This document shows, one piece after another, positions 38,261-52,730 of a stretch of DNA of 64,000 nucleotides (positions are counted from its first letter, which is position 1; each line of letters opens with the position of its first letter). The notes under the pieces are model-generated. The model saw nothing but the letters and a program-made list of their open reading frames with translations. It ran no database searches and had not been told where the DNA came from. A program made the position numbers and the translations under genes. The DNA comes from Octopus vulgaris (taxonomy: Eukaryota): NCBI GenBank assembly GCA_951406725.2, contig OX597826.1, positions 43,276,001 through 43,340,000 of the forward strand, in the 5' to 3' direction.

Positions 38261-38724
38261 TTTATTCAAATTTCCAAAACGGTAAACAAAAGCTGTAAAA
38301 GAAAAAAAATCGAAAAAAAAATCGATAAAATTAGTTTTCGTGTTAATTAAATAACATTGGATATTAACGAGCGAATTTATCTGAAAACGCAATATTCTTA
38401 CCTCAAAAAGAAGAGATATACCAAATTATATTTTTCTGCTTAGTTTTCATAGTAACAATTTTTAACTGACATTTAAAGCAAACAAACTTGAAGTGATGGT
38501 ATTAGTCTATACCATAAACCCCAGTTTATGGTACTCTACAGTTTATGGTACTCTGGTACTCTTTTATCGATCTTAGCTGGATGAAATGCAAAGAGCGGGA
38601 TTTGCTCTCAGAATGTACAGAGCCAAAACAAGTACTGTGAAGCAATTCTTTTTTCAATGCTCTAAAATTTCTGCCAACCACTCGTCCATATACATCCTCG
38701 TAATAATCCCGCATATTCTCACCA

Positions 38725-39103
38725 CAAGGCTTGGAATTTTGGAGGAGGGGTCTAATCGACTACAACGATCCCAGTGTCAACTGGTACTTCATTTTACCGA
38801 CCCCAAAAAGGTTGAAAGGAAGGGAGGGAAACGACGGAATTTGAACTCAGAACATAAAACCCGAAGATATACCTATTTCTTTACTACCCAAAAGGGGCTA
38901 AACACAGAGAGGACAAACAAGGACAGACAAACGGATTAAGTCGATTATATCGACCCCAGTGCGTAACTGGTACTTATTTAGTCGACTCCGAAAGGATGAA
39001 AAAAGGCAAAGTCGACCTTGGCGGATTTTGAACTCAGAGGCAGACGAAATACAGTTAAGCATTTTTGCCCGGCGTGCTAACGTTTCTGCCAGCTCACCGT
39101 TTT
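38725..39103 (-). mobile_element. Nested family A SINEs
   Basis: Near-consensus minus copy 38873-39103 adjacent to an older minus copy 38725-38870. Confidence 0.88.
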
Positions 39104-39492
39104 TCCTTTACGTACCAATAAACCTAAAGTTTATATTAATATTCCGCACCCAAGAAATGAATATATCTACAATGTAAACTGTTTAAAAATCTTCATAACG
39201 TAGAATACTGATATGGCACCCACATAAACAAAAAAAAAATGGCAGTCGTTCTTTAAGACAATAAATTCTTTAAAAAGAAATACGTTGCGCAGAATGAAAT
39301 ATTATCCGCGTAACTTTTGATCTCTAGACACAGACGTTTGTACAGGTTTATTGGGAATCATATTCCTTTTTCATTTACATCAAGTTCTCCTCCTGCCCAT
39401 CTTCCTCACGGTGTTTCTGTCATTTCAATAAACATAGAATATAAACAACACAAGTGTTATTCGTCGTATGACCGGTTGCTTTGATAAAGTAT

Positions 39493-39892
39493 CTCTTCTT
39501 CTCTCTTAAGGAGCACTCCGTCGGTTACGACGATGAGGGTCCCAGCTGATACGATCAACGGAACAGCTTGCTCGTGGAATTAACGTGCAAGTGGCTGAGC
39601 ACTCCACAAGCACGTGTACCCTTAATGTAGTTCTCGAGGTGATTCAGCGTGACACAGAGTGTGACAAGGCTGGCCCTTTGAAAATACAGGTACAACAGAA
39701 ACAGGAAGAAAGAGTGAGAGAAAGTTGTGGGGTAAGAGTACAGCAGGGTTCACCACCATCCCCTGCCGGAGCCTCGTGAAGCTTTAGGTGTTTTTGCTCA
39801 ATAAACTTTCACAATGCCCAGTCTGGGAATCGAAACCGCGATCCTACGACCGCGAGTCCGCTGCCCTAACCACTGGGCCATTGCGCCTCCAC
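39493..39892 (-). mobile_element. Full-length tRNA(Arg-like)-derived SINE, family C
   Basis: Head GTGGAGGCGCAATGGCCCAGTGGTTAGGGC..GGTTTCGATTCCC; exact 11-bp TSD TGATAAAGTAT (39482-39492 and 39893-39903). Confidence 0.93.
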
Positions 39893-40678
39893 TGATAAAG
39901 TATACTTCTGTCTGCAAGGGTAGTATCAGGAAATATGGCATATATACGATAATTATAATTTAACTTTTATTGAATTTCTATCGTAGAAGGCGTTTGCCCA
40001 AGGCGATGCGTAGTAAGACTGAACCCGAGGCTATACAGCTGGAAAATACGCTTCTAAACCACACACCCACGTCTGTATCTATCATTTAACTTTTATCAAA
40101 TTTTTTGGTGCATATCTATTTGTGTGTGTCTTTGTTTCTGTGTTTATTCCCCATCCCACCTCTTGACAACCGGTGTTGGTGTTTTTACGTCCCAGTAAGT
40201 TAGCCGCTCGACAAAAGCGAGCAATAGAATAAATATTAGGCTTTAAAAAATTACTGGAGTCGATACATTTAACTAAAAATTCTTCAAGGCGATGTTCCAG
40301 CATGGCCGTAGTCAAATGACTGTAACAAGTCAAAGATAGAAAATATACAAAATGATGAAATGAATTCTAATTTTCAAAAAAAAAAATTTTTTATCTTAAA
40401 ATAAAATTAAATAAAACAAACTCTCCAAATTCCTTCCAGGAGTCCTCTATCATTTACTCCTCTTCCGGGTCCTCTTCTTGCCACCGAGTCTAGTGTGTGC
40501 ACTCATCCTGTCTTTCATGTCAATTCTCTCCGCATTTCTCTTCATCTCTTTCGTTACCATATAAAACGTGACTGAAGAAGTTAACCACCCAATCAATCAA
40601 AGTTTATATTATTTGTACTTACGGCAGCATTCACCCGGGGTGGATTGAGCCAGTTCCGACCAAAGAGTTCACTTTGAG

Positions 40679-40994
40679 GAGTGGTTCTCAACTATTTTTT
40701 GCCTATGGCCCCCTTTGGTTTCTGTTTTACTCCACTGAACCTCCATAGTCATTTGATGCATATCAAGAAAACCCTATTTTATTTTTATATTCTTTTTTTT
40801 TTAACTTGTTTCAGTCATTAGACTGAGGTCATGTTGGAGCACTCCCCTGGATTAAATATCATTAGGAATTGCATAAAAAGTAAAAATATTTTTGTGTATT
40901 GTAAAACTATAACCAGTTTATTGCACATAAATTTGAACAACAAAATCTTATATGGACTCTCAAGGGCCATATGGATCCCAGCTGAGAACCACTG
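40679..40994. mobile_element. hAT (MER5-like) MITE
   Basis: TIR AGTGGTTCTCAAC / GCTGAGAACCACTG, near-TSD CTTTGAG / CTTTAGAG; related to 8812-9500 and 55282-55536. Confidence 0.8.
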
Positions 40995-41768
40995 CTTTAG
41001 AGAAAGTACAAAATGGCCCGAGAGAAAAGTTAAGTCCTTTAAACTATTGCGCATGTACGTAAAAGTAGTAAAACATTCTACCGAGCAGCTAGATCGAAGT
41101 AAACGAAAGAAAAAGCTTAGATGATACATTTTTTTTTATAGTAAAAAAATGGAAAACAGAAAAAAGGAAACATTGCCAGTTGGAAAAAAATCACCGAACC
41201 CGACAGATTGTGTGGAAAAATAAACCAAAAAACAAATAAGATTTTAAAAATATAATATAAAAGTGGTTTTGGTAGTGTTACTGCTGAACATTGCTGTTGA
41301 TGGTATGTTGTTTCCTTTCAGGGAAAACTATAACGAGGGGAAGAGAGATCTTACGTCATTTTAGTACATGGAATTCAACGCCTTTCTCTGTCTCTCTTTG
41401 CCTTTCTCTGTTTTTGTTTGTCTGTCTATCTGTTTGTCTGTCTGCCTTTGTGTCTGTTTGTCTGTCTTTCTCTGTTTCTTTCTCTTCCTTTATTCTGTTC
41501 CACTCAATATGCTGTCATTTAAAGTGAATATATTAACACTTCTGTCATTTCTGTGTGAACGGTGAGAATAAAATGATAAAAACAAAAATGGCGACGACCA
41601 AAACACCTCTTCAGACGATCAGAAAAAGAATGGCTGAAGCGAGTGAAGGCGTGGATCAGAAAATTGTTGGTACATGAAAAATGTCTATCAGATTCGAGGA
41701 GAGAGCGAAGGAGAGAAGAAGAGGTCGAGAGAGGAAGAGAGAGAGGTGGTTGAATAGTGGAATGATTG

Positions 41769-41842
<74 letters not shown>

Positions 41843-42010
41843 TGAATGGGAAACTGAGGGAGAGAAAGAGATATTGAGAGAGAGAGAGAGAGTAGGAGAG
41901 ATGGAGTGAGAGAGAGACAGATAGATGCTACATACATACATACACAATAGAAAAATAGAGAGAGAGTGAGAGGTACATAAATACTTTGACAGAACAAGCG
42001 AGCGAGCGCG

Positions 42011-42078
<68 letters not shown>

Positions 42079-42799
42079 TACGGGAGAGGGAGAGATAGAG
42101 AACATGAGAGAGAGAAAGAGAGTATGGGAGTACGGACATGATGTTTCAATTATGAGATGCAATGAAATGAAAGAATCGAGTAAGTCATATTTTCGCACCA
42201 AACATTAACTATATTCACTATTTTCAGTCTTTTGCAGATTTTATTTCAATTCTTCACGTCCATATTTTGGAAATTTTAATAGTTTCTACACAATTTATAG
42301 TTGCTGTACATAAGTGCATATGGTAAAGTATTTTAAAGCTAAATATTTTCAAATCTGAATACATACACACAGGCACCAATGTATATATTCGTGCCTGTGT
42401 GTGTGTATGTGTGAGTGTGCGTGTGTGTTTGTCTGTGTGTGTGTGTGTGTGTGTGCGCCTGTGTGTGTGTGCGTGTATATTTCAGTGAGTCCAGAAGAAA
42501 TTTTATGTTATTGGTAATCATACAAATCAGTACTAGACGCTTCATTTTCTGAGACTGAATCAGTGAAACCACTCTAGGGGCACATGCACGGTACGAAAAG
42601 AACAAAGCAAAACAAAACAAACAAGGTGCAGGAGTAATGGATGATTGGTGATGCTTTTCTTGTCGCATTGTAGGAAACGACAGAAGCGTTTCATTCATTT
42701 ATTCACACATACACTCGTACCCCCCCCCACATACACAAAAGCACACGCAAGCCTGGATTTTGAAGTAACTAAACTTTTCCCCGTGGAAATAAAAAATAT

Positions 42800-43076
42800 A
42801 ATCATTATTTACATTATTTATATTATTTACATTTGACGGATATTTGTCCTCATCTTGTTTGTTGTTAACAGAACGTTTCGGCTGATATACTCTATACTCT
42901 CTAGCCTTCATCAGGTGTCCTGGGGAAATTTCGAACCTGGGTTTCATTCCTAAGGTATTATTATTATTATTATTAATATTATTATTATTATTATTATTAA
43001 TCAGGTCACTGCCTGGAATCGAACTCGGAATCTTGGGGTTAGTAGCCTGCGCTCTTAACCATTACGCCATATGCCC
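42800..43076 (-). mobile_element. tRNA-headed SINE-like element carrying a hammerhead
   Basis: tRNA-like head 43076-43004 (A-box TGGCGTAATGG, B-box GAGTTCGATTCC), (AAT)n spacer, hammerhead, (GTAAATAAT)-type repeated tail. Confidence 0.75.
42867..42919 (-). ncRNA. Minimal type I hammerhead ribozyme motif
   Basis: GACAC-CTGATGA-A-GGCT..AGCC-GAAA-CG-TT-CTGTT; 4-bp stem II, palindromic AACGTT stem III, one C-C mismatch closing stem I. Confidence 0.7.
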
Positions 43077-43149
43077 ACAGGCATATGTGTGTGTGTATTT
43101 GTGTGTGTGTGTGTGTATTTGTGTGTGTGTGTGTGTATGTGTGTGTGTA

Positions 43150-43352
43150 TGTGTGTCTGGAACTGTCTCTGTTTTCGTCCACCACTTTGCTTGACAATCG
43201 ACATTGGTGTGTTTACGTACTTGTAACATAGCGGTTCGGCAAAACAGAACAATAAAATAAACATCCGGCTTAGCAAAAAAAAAAAAAAAAAGAAATTCTT
43301 CAAGGCCGCAGTCAAAATGACTGAACTAGGTAAAAGAAGAAAAAGTAAAAGA
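43150..43352 (+). mobile_element. SINE family B 3' half
   Basis: GCTTGACAATCG..AGCGGTTCGGCAAAA..GGCCGCAGTCAAAATGACTGAA. Confidence 0.82.
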
Positions 43353-43377
43353 ATACACATACACACACACACACGCG

Positions 43378-43436
<59 letters not shown>

Positions 43437-43568
43437 TTAGAAACACGCATATACATTGCTATCTACATACGTACTCAAAACGATTTTTGAAGTCTATGCA
43501 TACGCTGACGTGTATACATGAACGTTTTAAAATTTACATGGTATTAGAAGTTGTATATTCCAGAATTG

Positions 43569-43640
<72 letters not shown>

Positions 43641-44327
43641 CATACCACTTCTGAATGTTGCTTAGTATGAAAGAACTACTGTTGAATTAAGTCCTGTCGA
43701 TTTATACCGGTTTCTCAATATTGTTTATACAGTATAAATAAATATATTAAATATAAATTCTCTTGGGTGTGTACATAGGAGTCTGATGTAATTTGAATGT
43801 TAATCTATGAATCAGCGATATAAGTAAAATGAGGATTGCTTCAAAAGTAATTCGATAATCAGAGTATTTCCTCCCTTACGTCTCTCAATGCATACAGAGA
43901 CATATGGACATATAAACATTTCCTTCTAGCAGCTGACACTCGCAAGTGAGCGAATATGGCTTGGCAACTTGTACCATGCTTTCCTTAATAGTTTTAGGGT
44001 CGATGTAGTTACCAGCAGGCATGTATACATACCTACCTTCTCGACCTCCTTGTCCTTGATCTCGGAGCACATCAAGAATGTAGATAGAAATAGAGCTGCA
44101 TCAACTCCTAGTTCTTTCTGATTAGCAGCTGAACGAATCATGTGCATGTATACGTGCATGTATACGAAAGAGTCAGTTAATTATGATTTAACTCGACATA
44201 TTCCCCTCTCAGATTTACACACTTAATGCAGTGGTCCTTCAGCCCTGTAAAAGAACTGAGCAAGCTGGGCCTCCAACCACGCCTTTCGCGATACTCTTAC
44301 AATCAGGAACTTTTCAGCAACCCCTCC

Positions 44328-44402
<75 letters not shown>

Positions 44403-45310
44403 CATATATATATATATATATATATGTCGTGAAGTATATTTGCCACTTAAATGTGGCTAACCCTTATGGAGTGATGCTACTGTAGCTTGTAGCCCCAGGA
44501 AGACATCTCCTCCAGTCCTCCAGCTGGCTATTGACGCACTTTCTGAGCCCTATCAGTATTTGCAAAGGGAAGCCATCCTTCCCATCTCCAGCCTGACGTG
44601 ATACTCACGGACCCGGGTCTCTGGATATCGACCCGTCATCTGCGTGTGACAACCACCAGTTGGCGATGTGATATATATATATATATATATGGCTTATATA
44701 TATATATATATATAAATATATATCCGTAACAGGCGGCGTTAAACGAAGTGCCTTGCTCGAAGGCCCGCTCTAAGAATCACAGGACCTTATGATATGCCGA
44801 AACACTAATCATTTAGGAACGCACTTTCGTTGTAGACATCCATGTTAGTACTTGTCAATCGTTACACGCAAGCCAGTGAGTATAACTTGGTAATATGTAT
44901 TCCGGTTTCGCTATATTGTTTTAGATTCCTATGTAATCGCAAGCAGATATCGAACCTCGGTCGTCTCCACATCCTTGATTTCGCAGCACATCAAGGGTAC
45001 TGAAAGATAAAGAGCTACACTAACACCTGTTTGGTATTCATTCGCAAGTGAATAAATTAAGAGCAATATAATATAAAGTACATTGATGAAGGACACAACG
45101 CGCCGATCAGCCCAGGATTAGAACCCGCAACCTTATGATCGATATCTGAAACACTATAGCCTTTTGACAACACACTGAATATGTATGTTAATACAAATAA
45201 TTACTTTCCATTTGCGTTGGTATTTTCTGGTTACGTTAGGGAATTCTATTATAAATTTCAGTTTCTCGACTACACATCATATTAATCTCTTACTACACCT
45301 CCGAAATCCT

Positions 45311-45361
45311 TTATTATTACTATTATTATTTTTATTATTATCATCATCATCATCATCATCC

Positions 45362-45418
<57 letters not shown>

Positions 45419-45430
45419 TCCTCATCATCC

Positions 45431-45488
<58 letters not shown>

Positions 45489-45498
45489 CATTATTATT

Positions 45499-45529
<31 letters not shown>

Positions 45530-45530
45530 C
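45311..45530. repeat. (ATT/ATC/GTT)n microsatellite
   Basis: Direct reading. Confidence 0.95.
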
Positions 45531-46559
45531 TCCATATTTTGCTTTCACTGGAAACTATCTCATTATGAATATTTCAAAAGTATTATTATTTTTTTTAAAG
45601 AAATGTTGGGGAGATCATTACCTGGTCGTAAAATGGCAGAAAAGAAATAAATCGTTCATCGTAGATTTTAATATTTCCTCGTAGCTTAATGAGCCTACCA
45701 GCTGGCACATACATGTTCTTTCCATATTCAGCACATTTGCACTGCTTCCTGCTAATTTGCAAGTGAGAAGTATACTATACGACATATGCAGATCATCATT
45801 TCTGATTGAATGTCTTCCTACTGTGCTCTCACGAGCATTGTAACGCAATCAGTAAACTCATAAATACTTACACACCAGAACGAAATACACAAATATAAAT
45901 ACATATATCTGATACGTAAGCATATTTTGCGTTGTAAATTAAGCTTCACATGTAACTTCTCAGGCTAATTAAGCAAGGTAGGATGGTGTTTAATTTAATA
46001 TTTTTATTTTTTAGATTTGTTTGGAAGTAGAAACTAATGGCAGATTTTCTGAATCTTTTCATGAAGCATGACATGTCAGCTTCGTGGGAAATTGTGTATT
46101 AGATATATGATTAGCAGAACTGGAAAATAGCACAGTTTAGTGATCAAAACTGTACGATCAACTAATGATCTAATGAGGTAAATAGTTATCATGTCTTAAG
46201 AAAAATATTTTGTTAATAATGCATTGTTGATTTCTGCAGAAAATAATTAATAATAAGTGGTTAGTTGTTATTGCAGCAAAACTAAACGATAACAAAAACA
46301 AAAAAGAAAATTATAAACCATGGTTATCAAAATAATAATAAAAAAAAAAAAGAATTTTCTGTTTATCTAATTCTGAACTAGAAACATCATCAGTTTTAAT
46401 TTTGGTAAAGATAAACAAATAAAAAAATAAAGGAAGATTTTAAACGAATATTTAGAATAAAATTAAGAAGCATACCATTTTCAAAGACTATCCAATTATA
46501 AATGTTAAAACTCACGCTTAGAAAGTTATTCTGCGTTATTATTATTATCTTTATTAAGT

Positions 46560-47828
<1,269 letters not shown>

Positions 47829-47833
47829 AGTAG

Positions 47834-47892
<59 letters not shown>

Positions 47893-47929
47893 CATTATTA
47901 TTATTGTTGTTGTTGTTGTTGTTATAAAG

Positions 47930-48065
47930 ATGCTATTACATGCTATTCTATTTAACAGGGTTGGTACCTTGAGGTTTGGTGACACGAAGTTTCTTCAAAT
48001 CTGAAGAATCTTTCTTAGAATACTTGCAGAATACAGAATGGCATTTTTCTACATTGACTAACACC
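47930..48065 (-). mobile_element. RLE-type (R4-like) LINE extreme 3' fragment
   Basis: Peptide M*KNAILYSASILRKILQI* resembles the QK...TARILR terminal motif; abuts (AAT/AAC)n at 47835-47923. Confidence 0.5.
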
Positions 48066-49018
48066 ACTCTGTAAAACTGCCGGTTTTGTAATGAAATTTG
48101 AAACAATTACAATCTCTTAGATGTTGCCATGCCGTATTGTGCATACGTGGATAGAAACGGTAATAATCAGATGCTGGAGATTCCTGGCTTAGAAATTGGT
48201 TACAGCTGAATATCTGGTCAATATTTTGTATAATTAACTATGTACAATTATGGTAATTTTTTGACGCTACGGAACCAGTGAATTATTTATTTAGCGATTC
48301 TGAATTTATATTAAAGAGATCCTGTAATTGTTTAAAACAGCAATTATTGCAGTTAAAACATGTTGAAATCTAGATATTTTATTAATGCTAGATTTAGTGA
48401 GATGGTGTAGGTGTAAGCGATAGGAAGCAGGCTTCAGTATCTCAGAGGTTAATTTTCAATTACAATTGGGGTCAACAAAATAAATGGTTCCGGTGGATTT
48501 CCGTCGTTCAACAATGAGGATTCACTTATCGGTCAACTGAATTATCTGCTCCTGAATTAATGTGAAAGTAGCCGAGCAGTCTACAGACGCGTGTAACCTT
48601 AGGGTGATACCTCTCGTTCTACGCCACATCACTAGTGGAAGTCAACTCCTAGTCAAGAGTACAGTATGTTATTCATTGCAGTTTTCGTGGCTACTGTCTG
48701 GGTCCAGCCGTATAGTTTGCCAAACTATACGTGCAGGATGTTTTTACGAGACACCACTCGTGTGGACGGTCATTGACTCACAATGAGCTCATCCGTTCTT
48801 TGACAGGCCTTGCTTTTAGTCCTGCAGAGTGTCCACAATACCCTTCACACCTGGCAAGTCACGTGGAGAACCCGAATTAGTCACCGACCAGCCCATCATT
48901 GTGAAGCGAAATTTTCAACCATTCTGTCATTACTATGCTAACACGAAACAAATACTTGTATAATACTGCGGTTGATACAGTGGAGAAGTGACACACAGAC
49001 ACACACATACATATGCAG

Positions 49019-49098
<80 letters not shown>

Positions 49099-49159
49099 GC
49101 CTGCCCGTCTGTCTGTCTGTCTATAATATATATATATATATATATACACACAAACACCT

Positions 49160-49325
49160 CGGGCTTCTACACAGTTTCCATCTACCAAATTCACTCGCAA
49201 AGCATCCGTTGGCCCGGGACTGTAGTAGAAAAGAGAATGCCGACGGTGCCGTGCAGTTGAACCGAACCCCAAACCATATGGTTCTGAATCGATCTTCTTA
49301 ACTCCACACCCATGCCTGCGTCTAT
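49160..49325 (-). mobile_element. SINE family B 5' half, diverged
   Basis: CAGTTTCCATCTACCAAATTCACTC...CCACACCCATGCCTGCGTCTA. Confidence 0.8.
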
Positions 49326-50609
49326 TGCTTTTTCTTTTCCATAAACCGAAATTGGAAAGGTGAAAAATACAATAGAATCCATTCCAAAGAATCTTTCGCA
49401 TCCAATGATAGGAATTAACCTAGCTTAACTAAAGCTAGTTGAGGAGAATGGACTCCCTGTAAAGAATACATATTAGAATTTGATTAAACCTTGCTCTAAT
49501 CCAAGAACAGGTGGAGTTTTCTTAATGAACAATAAATAAGAATGGCGATTATATGAAACCTGTTTAATAAATCCAACTTCAAGAAAAACAGAGGATGGTA
49601 AGGGTTTGGGAATTTTAGCGTGTGTATTTTAAGAATGAAATTCTTTTATTTTATGCCAAAATGCAGTTGGATCACTTTTGTGAATTTAAATTATTTCACA
49701 TGTTTTTCATATTAGTAATTGTAGTAATCAGAACGGAAGGCTGAGATTGGAAATAAGCAGTGATAATAATTTTGAAATAAAATTTATAAAACGAAAACCT
49801 CCCAAGAAAAACGGGAAATGAGAAAACGAAAATGAAGAAATGAATAAATAAATTTCAAGGAAAATGTAAATGATTGCCATAAGTCCTTCAAAGTTACAGA
49901 GTAATTTGATGCTGTATAAAGTCAGTGAGATAACATCGTCCGAAATGGGTTTTATAGAATATGTTATGTCACGTGACAGTATTCTCTAATGCCCATGAAT
50001 CGTTGGTAATTATATCCTTTGCTGAGCCGCTGTAAAAACAAAAACAAACAACAACAACAAAAGACGAAGAAGAAAATGGGAAGAAATAAGGAAAGAGAAA
50101 ACGCAACTGTTCTCCAGGTCTATATTATGTCCTAATGACTTGCTTTAAATTCATTTCATTTTGCTTTGCATACACGAGAGATGATACACTCATTATCTCA
50201 CGGAAGGACAGGAAATAATAATAAAAAAAAAACCCATCATTCCATAAAATAAATAAATAGATAATATAGAAAAGCAACAACAACAAAACGAACAAACAAA
50301 AACTACATATAAATAACCCTTAGCGAAATAATGTCGAAGAAATATAGCGAGAAATAAATCAAAGATTTGTCATTATATTCTAAATTTGAAAAGAGAAAGA
50401 ACAGTCATTGTTTTTCGTATGCTTTTGTTGCGAAGAAGACATCAGTTTTGAAATAAACCCAATAATTCTTTTATTTCTAAACACAAAGAATTGCAAGAAA
50501 TTGTGAAAATGAATGTTTTATATGAATATTTGCTGTCATTTCTCACTTGAACTTCCACCCCTCTCCCCTTCTCTCCCCCCTCTCTTCCCGATTACCTATT
50601 TCTGTTTAC

Positions 50610-50640
<31 letters not shown>

Positions 50641-50842
50641 CCTACCTACCTACCTACCTACCTACCTATCTATCTATCTATCTATCTATCTATCCGACAT
50701 ATATTTCCATTCAATCTCCCACCTATCCACATATCCACTCATACATATATACATACATAAACATACACACACATATATATATTAATACATACATACACAT
50801 GCACGCACGCGCGTGTGCACAAAGAAACATACGCATACACAC

Positions 50843-50895
<53 letters not shown>

Positions 50896-52144
50896 ATGTA
50901 CATACATATATACGTACACACACAGATGCGCCCACACAGACGCACGCACACTCACACATACTTATATATACATATATACACACACATTTGACATTAATAG
51001 AAAACACCATATATAATATATATGTGTGAATATATACACACAAAAACACACACACATACACACACTATATATAGTCTTTTCTCTTAATGTCAATCTCTCT
51101 AGATATAATTTACTGACATTTATTATATTCATATATTTTCTTCACAATTTAAATATCTCCTTCGACAACATCCGTTTACATACACACATACACACACACA
51201 CATACATACATACATACATACATACATACATACATACATACATACACACACATATACATACCTACATACATACATACCTACATACATACATAAATGCATA
51301 CATACACACATACATATATTTTTACATATTTATATATTTATATCTGTGTAAGCTTTCATGTATTTGTATATTCACCTTATTAATTTTCTTCCATATCTGT
51401 TAAATATTGTCAGGCGTTGTTTTCATGTTTATCCTAACATTTACAACTGGCTTTTTCTCTTTATAGGCATGGACATCACAGCATCCTATCTTCCTTTCGT
51501 TTTTATGTAAATGTCGCAAATTGATAGTCATTCAATTATAATTTGCGCTAAATCATTATATTTTCACTTATGTCCATCAGAACTGGAGGCAAATTGTTGG
51601 CTGATGTGCAAGAGGGTAGGTCAAAATGCCTAGATTTCGTCCTGAATTCAATTCCTTCTGAAGACAACTTTGTCTTTCGCCCTTTCGGGCCGATAAATAA
51701 CATACACCTTTAAAGTGGTGGACTAGCAGAATCATTAAAACCGTATTTATTCCAGCTCTTTACGATCTGAGTTCAGATCTCAACATGGCCTGTGTAAGTT
51801 GCGGATTTAATCCACCACCAAGTTTAATACCACCATGAGGCCCTTGGGTGTCTTCAGCAGGGTTTTTCTATGCTATAAGCATTCAGTCCACTTCAAGTAT
51901 ACCTTCCTTCTTTCCTTCTGTCAGTCTAGGAAGCCCTGAAAAGAGTCAAGAGCAAAACCCTTCCTATTGGTTAAGCATGAAAAAATTCCTGTTAGAGTAC
52001 ACTTTTTCTGATGTAGGCAAAAACATCACAGTTGCTCGTTAACTATCACTCTACTTCCTTTCTCGTCAGTTAAACAACCAATCAGTAATTTTGAGATCAG
52101 GCCCGATGCACAAAACTGAAAATAAGGAACAGAATATCACTATA

Positions 52145-52730
52145 TACCAGGTGTTAGGGGTATTTGGTAACATTTAATTATCAGTATATATATCTCTCCC
52201 CAAACCAATTAAATGATTTCTGTTTCTATCATAGCCCCTATGGCAGATAAAATGCTAACACAAGAAATGAAAAGACAAGCACTCGTTGTGCGGAAGAAAG
52301 AGTTTTAGAAATTGCCAGCCTTCTAAATGTTACAAGATCTTTTGTACATAAAGCCCACAACCTTCTCAAAATGCTTAGGTTGCTCAAGAATGAATGTCAG
52401 ACAGTCTTTACCATTATATAACATCAAACTTTATATCACCAGATTTCAGTCCCATGGACTCCTATGGTTGGAGCAGTGTTGAAAAGGAGACCAGTTGACA
52501 TCCTCACGATACCATAACTTCATTCAAGGCCACCAATCTTCAGGTGATCTCCGAAATGAATAAAAGCCATTTAGTGCAAGCATGTCAACGGTCACGGTCG
52601 TGCATTGAGGCAGTGATCAAAGCTGAAGGCGGATTCTTTATATGAAAGCTTATCGTGAACACGTGCACATTTTTTTTCATTGAAATACATATGGTTTCAT
52701 TAAATTAACAAGTACCTATTGCACCCTGTA
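52145..52730 (+). mobile_element. Internally deleted Tc1/mariner (maT/DD37D-like) transposon
   Basis: TIRs TACCAGGTG..GGTATTTGGTAA / TTAACAAGTACC..CACCCTGTA; N-terminal LEIASLLNVTRSFVHK; C-terminal SPDFSPMDSYGWSSVEKE..HPHDT..IEAVIKAEGGFFI*. Confidence 0.85.

Noticed and set aside
43004-43076. Functional tRNA gene
   Set aside because: Acceptor and anticodon stems pair poorly; treated as a SINE head. The same applies to 39820-39892.
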